From Octopus vulgaris (lineage: Eukaryota): 64,000 nucleotides of DNA. Positions within the stretch are counted from its first letter, which is position 1. The number at the start of each line of letters is the position of its first letter. Shown in pieces: positions 26,363 to 38,479 of this stretch. Location of the stretch: assembly GCA_951406725.2 (NCBI GenBank), contig OX597839.1, forward strand, positions 24,676,001 through 24,740,000. Direction: 5' to 3'. Below the pieces are notes generated by a model. That model searched no databases. It was not told the DNA's origin and worked only from the letters and a program-made list of their open reading frames with translations. Made by a program: the position numbers and the translations under genes.

Positions 26363-26819
26363 TTTCCCTTGGATAACATTGATGGCATGGTGAGGGGAAG
26401 CTGGTATGCATGGGTGACTTCTGGTCTTCCATAAACACATTTGCCTGGACTTGTGTCTCAGAGGGGAACTGTCGAGGTGCAATCCCATAGTCATTTGTGA
26501 TTGAAGGGGGTCTTTACCCTTTAACCTATCACTATACAGGGCACCATCACCAGTGATGTCTCTAAATAACCAATTACTGGCGCTGTGATTTTAGAAATGG
26601 TTTCTGAACCTCAGAGGCACGGAAATTTCTGAAATTAATTCCATCATCAACACTGAAAAGACACACACACACACAAATGGTAACGATTTTTATAACATAT
26701 GTGTATGTGAATGTGTGTGTGTGTGTGTATATGTGTTTGGCATCTCTTTTCACCTGTAGGTCAACACTATCTTCAATACAGCTGTTTATCTGAACATCAG
26801 CTTTAAACACATTAAAAAT

Positions 26820-26923
26820 TACATATATATATATATATATATATACATACATACATAAATTTATATTTATACATGTATGTATATATATATATATATGTTT
26901 ATATGTATGTATCTATCTATCTA

Positions 26924-26954
<31 letters not shown>

Positions 26955-27312
26955 TATATATATATATATATATATATGCATGTATGTATGTATATCTATA
27001 TATACATATATGTATATATATATGTATATATATTTATGTATGTAAGTATATATATATACATGTATGTAAGTGTATATATATATATATACATATATATATT
27101 TATGTGCATATATATATATGTGTGTATGTATGTGTGTGTTTTTTTTTTTTTTATATGTATGTATGTATGTATGTATACATATATAATGTATGTATGTATA
27201 TATATATGTATTATGTATGTATGTATGTATGTATGTATGTATGTATGTATGTATGTATGTATGTATGTATGTATGTATGTATGTATGTATGTATGTATGT
27301 ATGTATGTATGT
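26820..27312. repeat. TA/TATG microsatellite complex
   Basis: Includes pure (TATG)n at about 27212-27312. Confidence 0.9.
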
Positions 27313-27651
27313 GTAGGTAAACGTACATATACACACGCACTCGCATTTTTTTTTATATTCTTAATCTCTTCTGAATCAGTTTAAAACACTATTCTTAATC
27401 TCTTCTGAATCAGTTTAAAACACAATTTTTTTTTTTCTATGGAAAACAAAATTATAAATTCCAGTCTTTGAATTTGTATTTTTGCAAATTTGCCTTCAGA
27501 CACTTTCCCAAGTCACCAAAGGGTAGCTATGACAACAACAACAACAACGATGACAATTGGTTTCAATTTTGGCACAAGGCCAGCAATTTTGAGGGAGGGT
27601 GTAAGTCAATCACATGGACCCCAGTGCATGACTGGTACTTATTTTATTGAA

Positions 27652-27882
27652 GGCGGTGAGCTGGCAGAAACGTTAGCACGTCGGGCGAAATGCTAAGCGG
27701 TATTTCATCTGCCGTTACGTTCTGAGTTCATATTCCGCCGAGGTCGACTTTGCCTTTCATCCTTTCGGGGTCGATAAATTAAACACCAGTTACGCACTGG
27801 GGTCAATGTAATCGACTTAATCCGTTTGTCTGTCCCTGTTTGTCCCCTCTGTGTTTAGCCCCTTGTGGGTAGTAAAGAAATA
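27652..27882 (+). mobile_element. SINE family B with 18-bp TSD, nested in an older antisense family B-related copy (about 27560-28015)
   Basis: TSD GGTACTTATTTTATTGAA at 27634-27651 and 27883-27900. Confidence 0.9.
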
Positions 27883-28022
27883 GGTACTTATTTTATTGAA
27901 CCCGAAGGAATGACAAATTTGACCTCAGCAGGAATTGAACACAAAATGTAAAGATAGAAGAAATGCCGCAAAGCATTTCGGCCATTATGCTGTCCATTTT
28001 GCCAAGCCCACCAACAATAATA

Positions 28023-28386
28023 AGAAGAGCACTCAGAGAGCACAAACCTCCATCAAGGCAACCCCAACGTCCTCTCAACGATTAGCCAGAGATGATTTTT
28101 AAAATGAGAATATCTGAAATAAACTCGATTACTCTCACAAACGAGAATACTAAAAATGAACCAAACCACTCTCAATAATTAAGTAAAAAACAGGAAAAAA
28201 AAATCCAGAATCCTTGTCTGGTACCGGATTGATCCCAAAATCTAATCAGTTTGGGCCAGTCACGAGACCAAAGATCCCTGAAAGTTTCATCCAAATCCAT
28301 CCAGCGGTTCTTGAGATATCTTGTCCATGGACAAACAAACACAACTGCAAACAATACTTCCGCCTTCACTAAGGTGGAGGTAATAA
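28023..28386. mobile_element. Non-autonomous Helentron-type element (HINE/DINE-1-like)
   Basis: Subterminal ACCTCC motif, terminal hairpin CTTCCGCCTT-CACT-AAGGTGGAGG and a short (CAAA)n tract; second copy at 47631-47995. Confidence 0.6.
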
Positions 28387-28389
28387 TAA

Positions 28390-29380
28390 CCCTTTCTACT
28401 AAAGGCACAAGGCCTGAAATTTTGGGAAAGGGGTCTAGTCGATTACTTGACCCCAGTGTTTCACTGGTACTTAATTTATGGGCCCTGAAAAGATAAAAGA
28501 TAAAGCCAACCTCAATGGAATTTGAACTCAGAACATACAGACAATAATAATAATAATAATTCTTTCTACCATTCTATATTTCTGAGGTGAGGAATTATTT
28601 ACAATGGACGGATTGGTGTCCTCACCTTGTTTGTTGGGCACTCCTTTAATACAGAGGTCCCAACGCATCAGCGTAACGATACGGAGGGGAAGTAATCTAG
28701 TTTTACCAAAACTACTGTTAATGATTTTAGGGGCCCCACAATATCGTGCTTTTACTGCAGTCTTTCCCCCCCCCCATAATATCGTCTGCATACTCATTAG
28801 GGTTAGTTTTTAGTTTCGACTTACACTAGGGCCTGAAATTTAGGGGAGGGACTACTCGATTACATCGACCCCAGTACACAACTGGTACTTAGTTTATCGA
28901 CCCCGAAAGGATGAAAGGTAAAGTTGGCCTCGACAGAATTTGAACTCAGAATGTAAAGACAGATAAAATGCTGGCAAGCATTTTGCCCAGCATGGTAACG
29001 AGTCTACCAGCTGGCTGCTTTTAACAACATCATCATCATTTAGCGTCCGCTTTCCATGCTAGCATGGGTTGGACGGTTCAACTGGGGTCTGGGAAGCTGG
29101 AAGGCTTCGTCAGGCCCAGTCAGATCTGGCAGTGCTGGCTGCTTTTAACAACAATAATAATTATTTCTACTCTAGGCACAAGGCCTTGAGAAGTTTTGGG
29201 AAAGGGGGCTAGTTGATTATATTGACCCCAGTGTGTAACTGGTACTTCATTAATCGACCCCGAAAGGATGAAAGGCAAAGTCGACCTCGGCAGGATTTGA
29301 ACTCAGAACATAAAGGCAGACGAAATACCGCTAAGCATTTCACCCAGCATCCTAACGATTCTATCAGCTCCTCACCTTCT
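28390..29380 (-). mobile_element. Cluster of family B-related SINE copies (28390-28535, 28826-29022, 29163-29380) with a family C fragment (29030-29135)
   Basis: GACCCCGAAAGGATGAAAGG-type cores. Confidence 0.75.
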
Positions 29381-29414
29381 TTAACAACAACAACAATAAT
29401 AATAACAACATTAC

Positions 29415-29615
29415 CATACCTTAACGGGAAAGTTTACGAAAATAAACAAAAGACGAAGGCAGGTGGAGTACAAACAAACAAATGTATTAGTATGGCGCTC
29501 AGGAATAGAAATAGAAAAAGTCTTTTACGTTTCGAGCCTACGCTCTTCGACAGAAAGATACACAGAAAAAAAAAACAAGGAGAGGAAAAAATGCGTGTAG
29601 GAGCTAACGATTTAT
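29415..29615 (-). mobile_element. Probable Penelope-like terminal-repeat remnant with a minimal hammerhead-like motif (29521-29558)
   Basis: TCTTT-CTGTCGA-A-GAGC-GTAG-GCTC-GAAA-CG-TA-AAAGA. Confidence 0.5.
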
Positions 29616-29794
29616 CATGGCATCCTGACTTTGACCTTCCCTTAGTTTATGAGAGACAAGAGTTTGCCAAGAAAATCTGATAGTAAGAGCAAAAATGAGG
29701 CTGGACTGTTAACAAGTGTTTCAGAAAAGATGAAGACTGACCACAGCTGTTATCCAAAGACAGCATCCGTAGATAATGGAGTAAGGAGGAAGAA

Positions 29795-29860
29795 GTGGAC
29801 AGCTCCAGAGAACAGTGTTATTAGGGACAGCCAGGATACTCAGGAAGGTTCCTTGTTATA
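29795..29860 (+). mobile_element. R4/Dong-like LINE C-terminal fragment
   Basis: QLQRTVLLGTARILRKV, similar to the end of the 12000-13445 element. Confidence 0.55.
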
Positions 29861-29966
29861 GCCCAACGTTAGGAATTTTACTTTTCTAACAGTCTAATCT
29901 GTTGAGCGTATATGAAATAATACAAAACGGAAACTAAGTTTCAAAAAACTAAAATAAAATAAAACA

Positions 29967-30137
29967 GGCGCAGGAGTGGCTCTATGGTAAGTAGCTTGCT
30001 AACCAACCACATGGTTCCGGGTTCAGTCTCACTGCATGGCATCTTGGGCAAGTGTCTTCTGCTATAGCCCCGGGCCGACCAATGCCTTGTGAGTGGATTT
30101 GGTAGACGGAAACTGAAAGAAGCCTGTCGTATATATG

Positions 30138-30168
<31 letters not shown>

Positions 30169-30380
30169 TTGTGTGTCTGTGTTTGTCCCCCTAGCATTGC
30201 TTGACAACCGATGCTGGTGTGTTTATGTCCCCGTTACTTAGCGGTTCGGCAAAAGAGACCGATAGAATAAGTACTGGGCTTACAAAAGAATAAGTCCCGG
30301 GGTCGATTTGCTCGACTAAAGGCGGTGCTCCAGCATGGCTGCAGTCAAATGACTGAAACAAGTAAAAGAGTAAAAAGAGT
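29967..30380 (+). mobile_element. SINE family A, full length
   Basis: Consensus match. Confidence 0.9.
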
Positions 30381-30784
30381 AAACGAAAATTGTTTGATAT
30401 TAATAAACAAAAATAACCGAAAAAACAGAAAACTGAGAATGATTTTTAACAGAATCAAGTCTGAAGAAAATGGTAGAATTAACAGCAAAATGGAAAGGTT
30501 TAAGATGTCAATCAGATGGAAAGTTTCAAAAAAATTTTGGTTTTCTTTTTTTCTGTTTTGTTCCAAATTTTGATTGTTTTCTTTGACTGGAGACAATTGA
30601 AGAATTAGATAATAAGCTATTTTCGGTTTTACATTGCCATTGTCATCAAGATAGAGTTGATGTGATGGGGGGGGTGGGGGTGAAAACAGAGGTGGGTTAC
30701 CATGTTTTCATCAAGTTTAATTCAGGTCCTGTCTTGATTGGCTAAGCTGATCATCCAATCAACAATGAAGGAAGCATATGCATA

Positions 30785-31590
30785 GGTGTAGGAGTGGCTG
30801 TGTGGTAAGAAGTTTTGTTTCCCAACCACATGGTTCTGGGTTCAGTCCCACTGCATGGTACCTTGAGCAAGATGCCTTCTGCTATAGCCTCAGGCTGACC
30901 AATCATCAGCTGGTAAACTGAGCCTGCTTTTCTTTTGAAATATCCATTGACTGGATTGTGTGGTAAGTAGCTTGCTAACCAACCACATGGTTCCGGGTTC
31001 AGTCCCACTGCATGGCATCTTGGGCAAATGTCTTCTACTATAGCTTCGAGCCAACCAGAGCCTTATGAGTGGATTTGGTAGACGGAAACTGTAAGAAGCC
31101 TGTCGTATATATGTATATATATATATATATGTATGTGTGTGTATATGTTTGTGTGTCTGTGTTTGTCCCTCTAGCATTGCTTGACAACCGATGCTGGTGT
31201 GTTTATGTCCCCGTTACTTAGCGGTTCGGCAAAAGAAACCGATAGAATAAGTATTGGGCTTACAAAAAGAATAAGTCCTGGGGTCGAGTTGCTCGATTAA
31301 AGGCGGTGCTCCAGCATGGCCGCAGTCAAATGACTGAAACAAGTAAAAGAGTAAAGAGATAGAATAAGTACTGGGCTTACAAAGAATAAGTCCCGGGGTC
31401 GATTTGCTCGACTAAAGGTGGTGCTCTAGCATGGCCGCAGTCAAATGACTGAAACAAGTAAAAGAGTAAAGAGATAGAATAAGTACTGGGCTTACAAAGA
31501 ATAAGTCCCGGGGTTGATTTGCTCAACTAAAGGTGGTGCTCCAGCATGGCCACAGTCAAATGACTGAAACAAGTAAAAGAGTAAAAGAGA
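30785..31590 (+). mobile_element. Family A 5' fragment plus a copy whose 3' ~115 bp is triplicated
   Basis: GATAGAATAAGTA..GTAAAAGAGTAAA units start at 31241, 31358 and 31473. Confidence 0.9.
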
Positions 31591-31601
31591 GAGAGTATCA
31601 G

Positions 31602-31632
<31 letters not shown>

Positions 31633-31703
31633 CGTTAAACGATGATGATGATGATGATGATATATATATAAAATCAAAATAAGCAACAGGATATCCAGAG
31701 GTG

Positions 31704-31791
31704 ATGCAGTACAACTGTTTCAAGCGGCTCCATTTAATTGAACAATGCAACCATTACATTAATTCAAATTCAGGGCTATCCTCAGCTGCAT
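31704..31791 (-). ncRNA. Type I hammerhead-ribozyme-like motif
   Basis: ATGCAG-CTGAGGA-TAGC..long stem..GCTT-GAAA-CAGTTG-TA-CTGCAT; perfect 6-bp helix I. Confidence 0.6.
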
Positions 31792-32454
31792 AAATGAATA
31801 AATAGAATTTTTAAGCAGATGGACACATTAATATAATTTTACTCAAATGCTCTAATAGAGCAAGAAGACACAAAGAGTCCATGTTGCCACTACTATAGCT
31901 AAGAATATACTACACTTCTAAGAATTGTATGAAGCTTGTTGGGGTCATAGCTTGTAAAGGATTGTGGTTCATTTATAATTCATTAGTCTTTTTATAAACT
32001 ACCAATTCTAAGACTAGAGGACTGGGTCTGTTTAGAATGGAGGGCAGGAGTGAGTTGACAGCACATCACTAGGTATGGTCATAAATATTGTCAAGATTTC
32101 TAGGATTAGTATAAAGTAACTGTCTATAAAGGAGGCTGGGTAGGGGAAGGCCCGAAATCAAGATGTTAATTATCAGTTAAAGGGGCAAGATGCTAATAAA
32201 ACCTATGATGTTAATACAGAGGAAATTATCATGGGGTACTAGGGGTGATTGCTTATAAACAATATTGTTATGTTGTATAAAGATAAAATTTAAGATTATT
32301 AAAAAATGATATTATAATCAAAATAGATAAAATATGTATATTTACCAATTTTCAAAATTAGGAAGGGAAGATTACATAGAATTAGTTTAATATTCATTCA
32401 TGTACTTAATCACTTACTTGTTTTTATATATATATATATATAGACATGTCTTTG

Positions 32455-32758
32455 CCTTGGGCTGACCAAAGCCTTGTGAGTAGATTTGGTAGATGGAAAC
32501 TGAAAGAAGCCCATTGTACACATATATGTGTGTATGTATGTATTTGTGTATCTGTGTTTGTCCCCCTACCACTGCTTGACAACCAATGTTGGTGTGTTTA
32601 CATCCCTGTGACTTATTGATTCACCAAAAGAGACCGATAGAATAAGTACTAGGCTTACAAAGAATAAGTCCTGGGGTCGATTTGTTCAACTAAAAGGCAG
32701 TGCTCCAGCATGGCCGCAGTCAAATGACTGAAACAAGTAAAAGAATAAAAGAATAAAA

Positions 32759-32800
<42 letters not shown>

Positions 32801-33175
32801 ATAATTGAATATACAGGCGCAGGAGAGGCTGTGTGGTAAGTAGCTTGTTTACCGACCACATAGTTCCGGGTTCAGTCCCACTGCGTGGCACCTTGGGCAA
32901 GTGTCTTCTATTATAGCCTCGGATTTGGTAGACAGAAACTGAAAGAAGCCCGTCGTATATATGTATATATATGTGTATGTGTGTTTGTCCCCCTAGCATT
33001 GCTTGACAACCGATGGTGGTTTGTTTATGTCCCCGTTACTTAGCGGTTCGGCAAAAGAGACCTATAGAATAAGTACTGGGCTTACAAAAGAATAAGTCCT
33101 GGGGTCGAGTTGCTCGATTAAAGGCGGTGCTCCAGCATGGCCGCAGTCAAAATGACTGAAAAGAGTAAAAGAGTA
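32455..33175 (+). mobile_element. Two family A SINEs (32455-32760, 5'-truncated; 32816-33175)
   Basis: Consensus match. Confidence 0.85.
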
Positions 33176-33191
33176 ATATATATATATATAT

Positions 33192-33406
33192 TACTCTTTT
33201 ACTCTTTTTTTACTTGTTTCAGTCATTTGACTGTGGCCATGCTGGAGCACAGCCTTTATTCGAGCAACTTGACCCTGGGACTTATTCTTTTGTAAGCCGA
33301 GTACTTATTCTATCGGTCTCTTTTGCCGAACCGCTAAGTAACGGGGACATAAACAAACCACCATCGGTTGTTAAGCAATGCTAGGGGAACAAACACAGAC
33401 ACACAA

Positions 33407-33437
<31 letters not shown>

Positions 33438-33608
33438 CATATATACGACGGGCTTCTTTCAGTTTCCGTCTACCAAATCCACTCACAAAGCTTTGGTCGG
33501 CCCGAGGCTATAGTAGAAGACACTTGCCCAAGGTACCACGCAGTGGGACTGAACCCAGAGCCATGTGGTTGGTAAACAAGCTACTTACCACACAGCCACT
33601 CCTGCGCC
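33192..33608 (-). mobile_element. SINE family A, tail-to-tail with the previous copy
   Basis: Full-length reverse copy. Confidence 0.9.
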
Positions 33609-34297
33609 TATATATATATATATTGCTTAGGCTTAGTGATACTAATAACCTGGTATTAGAACTCAAAATACACATGTTTCAGAATGAATTGTCAGTCAAA
33701 CTATAGAACAGTAATAAGAAATTAAAATGACAACGGATTAAAAGATTATGCCATAAGCTTCAATATCTTACAGTTGTTTCTGCTATAAGATACAAGGCAC
33801 TCAGAGTTGAATGCTTACATATATCACTCTGTAGTATCATCAGAGCTTCAGTATAGACACACACATTCAACCATGAGCGCATTGCATCTTATAAGCAGAA
33901 ACGGCTGTAGGCTAATGACGTAATTTCTTATTCTCTTGTCATTTTCATCTCACACACACACACACACACACACATCTTGACTGATGATTGCATGTAACAA
34001 TACAGTCTTTATATCGCATTGAGCATGTGAAATGGAAGCTGTCCATTGTTTTCTCTTCCATTTTCTTTCCCCCCCTCCCGTTTTCCACTTTTCACACATC
34101 CGTAGAGTAAATGGTTAAGGAGGAGAGACCACTTGACAGCAAGTGGCTGCAAAGAGTCCGAAATGACACAATTGAGACAACAACAAGCAAGCATTCAGCA
34201 GAGTCAGGGATGGAAGAAAATGTGCAGATGCCGGAAGTGGATCGGACACGTCCTCGGACAAGGTCGCAAAAGCAATTGAATGATGGCACCAATACAC

Positions 34298-34704
34298 TTT
34301 ACTCTTTACTCTTTTACTTGTTTCAGCCATTTGACTGCGGCCATGCTGGAGCACCGCCTTTAGTCGAGCAAATCGACCCCGGGACTTATTCGTTGTAAGC
34401 CCAGTACTTATTCTATCGGTCTCTTTTGCCGAACCACTAAGTGACGGGGACGTAAACACACCAGCATCGGTTGTCAAGCAACGCTGGGGGACAAACACAG
34501 ACACACACACACACACACACATACATATATATACATATATATGACAGGCTTCTTTCAGTTTCCGTCTACCAAATCCACTCACAAGGCTTTGGTCGGCCCG
34601 AGGCTATAGCAGAAGATACTTGCCCAAGATGCCACGCAGTGGGATTGAACCCGGAACCATGTGGTTCGTTAGCAAGCTACTTACCACACAGCCATTCCTG
34701 CGCC
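34298..34704 (-). mobile_element. SINE family A, full length
   Basis: Consensus match. Confidence 0.9.
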
Positions 34705-35564
34705 AATGTGGAAGAAAAACAATTTATTTAGTTTGTTTGTTAGTCAGCCTTGGCAGAATTTGAACTCAAAATGCAAAGGGTGAAATGCCACAAAGCAGCG
34801 TGCTCCCGATTCTACCAACTCTACTTCAATATTTTTGACACTCAATCATTTCCTCACTCGCACAATGGAACTCTGCAGAATGGTTATTTTTGAGGAGAAG
34901 AATGATGGGCAAAATGTTTTAAAATTATGGTTTATTGTTCAGATGTAACACTTTGCTCAGCAGGGGTCACTGTGGACCTTTTTATGTGACACCAGCCCAG
35001 CACCAATTCTTTTTACGCCATACTAGCACTTTTCATGAGGCACCAGCCCCGGTGCCTTTTACATGGCACCAGCACAGGTGCCCTTCATGGGCAAGTATTA
35101 GCAAAGTTACTTTAGGGCATCGACTCTGTTCTGGAAGTACGTAGTGGTTTTTAGAGACTGAATGGTTATGAGGATCCTTCCATGGCAGTGGTGGTGATGT
35201 TTGTGGTGGTGGTGGTGGTGGTCGTTGTTGTTGTGGCAATGGTGGTGTAGGCAGTGGTCGATGTCGAGGCACAGTGTAAACTAATTAAAGACAGAATCAA
35301 TTAATGGATGACTCTGGCTGCCATTGACAGAAATGGCTGAGAACCAGTGGTGTAGATGAAGTTATATTCCACACTGCAAGGCCGTGGTTGGTGACAGGAA
35401 GAGCATCCAGCCATTTAAGAAGGCCAACATCAAAAGCAAGGAATAAATAAAGCAAATGTGGATTCTACAAGAAACAAAGATTGGTATTTGGGTTGTTTCT
35501 GTTGGGGTGTTGTGAGACACTCTGAGACCAAGATGGCCAGCGCCAGTTTGGGAGAACAAATAGA

Positions 35565-36760
35565 AGATGATGATGATGATGATGATGGTGGTAGTAGTGA
35601 TGGTGGTTGCAATGATGAAGGTGGTGGTGGTCGTCGTCGTAGTGGTGGTGATGATGATGATGGTAGTAGTGATGGTGGTTGCAATGATGAAGGTGGTGGT
35701 GGTGGTGGTGGTGACAGTGGCAGTGGTGGTGGTGATGGTAACAGACATAATTTGATTATGATGATTGTGATGGTGAGAAGAGTAAGGAGGAGGAAGAGGT
35801 GAGTGTGATGTCAGTATGGAGGGGAGGAGGGAGAAATTGTGTTGGAGGGGAAGGAGGGGAGGGGAGGAGGTGATGTGTGCAAGAGGAGGAGGTGATGTTG
35901 GTGTGGAAGAAGGAGGAGGAGGTGATGTCCTGATTAGGGTGAACTTCTTTGGCAAGCAAGACCTTGTTGAGTCTAGGATAATTGGGTTTATGAAATTGGA
36001 AATATCTTGTGGTGGGCAGGTGGTGGTGGTGGTGGTGGTGGAGACGGTGATGATAGTGGTGGTGATGATGGTGGTGGTGGTAGTTGTGGTACTGGTGGTG
36101 AAGGTGATGGTGATGATGTTGGTGGTAGAGATGGTGGTAGTGGTTGTGGTGGTAGTAGAGGTGGTGGTATTGGAGGTGGTGGTTGTGGATAGTCATGGTG
36201 AAGGTGGTGATGTTGGAGATGGTGGTGGTAGTAGTAGTGGTGGTGGAGACGGTGATGATAGTGGTGGTGATGATGGTGGTGGTGGTGGTGGTGGTGGTGG
36301 TGAAGGTGATGGTGATGATGTTGGTGGTAGAGATGGTGGTAGTGGTTGTGGTGGTAGTAGAGGTGGTGGTATTGGTGGTGATGGTTGTGGATAGTCATGG
36401 TGAAGGTGGTGATGTTGGAGATGGTGGTGGTAGTGGTAGTGGTGGTGGTGGTGGTGATGACGGTGGTAGTAATAGTGATGGTTGTAGCGGTAGTAGTACT
36501 AACCACTGCGGCACTCATTACCACAACCATTACAATCACTAGTAATGGTGGTGGTGGTGGTAGTGGTGGAGATGGTGGTAGTGATTGTAGTGGTAGTGGT
36601 GATGAGTATGGCAGTGGTGGTGGTGGTTGTGGTGGTAGCAACAATCATGATTGCCATGATTGGTGGGGGTGGTAGTATTGATGGTTGCAGTTAGGGTGGT
36701 AGTGGTTGTGGTAGAGACGACTATGGTGGTAGTGGTGGTGGTGGTGGTGGTGGTGGTTGC
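35565..36760. repeat. GGT/GAT trinucleotide-derived low-complexity region with ~66-bp and ~210-bp internal duplications
   Basis: Repeated GGAGACGGTGATGATAGT..GGTTGTGGATAGTCATGGTGAAGG block. Confidence 0.9.
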
Positions 36761-37038
36761 AGCAATGATGGTGTAGACAGTGGTCGATGTGGAGGCACAG
36801 TGTAAACTAATTAAAGACAGAATCAATTAATGGATGACTCTGGCTGCCATTGACACTAACTTAATAACCAGTCATTGATATATATGCACACAACCATATA
36901 TACACACGCATATATATACATACATGTATGTATGTATATAATGTTTATTCACACACAGACCTCCTATGTTTGCATGAGAGAGGAGAGAGAGAGAGAGAAA
37001 GAGAGAGAGCATGTGTGTGTGTATGCATTGTTTGTATG

Positions 37039-37122
<84 letters not shown>

Positions 37123-37529
37123 TATATATATGTATGTATGTGTATAAGTATTATATATAATTGCTTGTGTACTTCAATATAAAGGTTGTTAAATATTTAT
37201 ATACATGCACACACACACATATACATACATGCATCCACATACATACACACACATGTATGTATATATATCTATATATATATATACACACACACATGCATAT
37301 ATATATATATATATGCACACACACACATTCACACATACATATACACACATACATATACACACATATATACAAATATATACACACACACACACACACACCT
37401 ACACACAGCCACACCCACACAGCAATGTATGTTGAAGATGGTAAGGTAAGGACAAGAGTAAGAACTGGATGTAAAGTCTTGAGTAATAATTTGTAAAACA
37501 GACACATCAGCTGGAGGAGACATAATTAT

Positions 37530-38036
37530 AACCACCACCACCACCAACACCACCACTGCCGCTGCTGCTGCTGCTGCTGCTACTGCTACTACTACAACTT
37601 GCTGGCCACCATAGTCTCCATCCTCATCATCATCACCACCACCACCACTACTCAGTGGCATAGTCTTTGTTAAAGATACCATCGAGTTTAACAGACAATG
37701 CCACCAGCACCACTACTACCACCACCACTACCAATACCACTACAAACATCACCATCACCACCACCACCAGTCATCATCATCATCATCATCATCACTGCCT
37801 CCGTTACCTCCCTCACCATCTTCACTGCTACCAACATCATCATCATTATTGCTTTCACCATCATCATCATCATCATCATTGGCCTTATCATCCATCTCAA
37901 CACCACCATCAACACCATCACCACAACCATCATCATAATCATCAGTTTCCCCACCAATGCTACTACCACCACTATCACCATCGTCATCATCATCACCACC
38001 ACCACCATCATCACCACCACCACCACCACCACCACC

Positions 38037-38100
<64 letters not shown>

Positions 38101-38158
38101 CCACCACCACCATCATCATCATCATCACCACCACCACCACACCACCACCACCACCACC

Positions 38159-38189
<31 letters not shown>

Positions 38190-38395
38190 CCACCACCACC
38201 ACCACCACCACCACCATCATCATCATCGTCATCACCACCAACATCATTCTCCTCACTGCCACGACTACCGCCCTTACCGTCACCACCACCACCACCACCA
38301 TCCCTATTGCTAACTGTACCATCATGTTTAACTGACAACTGACACCACCACCACCGCCACCACCACCACCGTCTCCATCTCCATCATCATTATAA
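37530..38395. repeat. (CAC)n/(CAT)n compound microsatellite
   Basis: Direct reading. Confidence 0.9.
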
Positions 38396-38479
38396 TTATT
38401 ATTTCTGTCATTACACTAATAATTATCTGATGCACACATTATCAGGGCTTGAAGAAGAAATGCCATCAGCAGCAGCAGC

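Noticed and set aside
27356-27423. 34-bp exact tandem duplication
   Set aside because: Simple local duplication with no further structure
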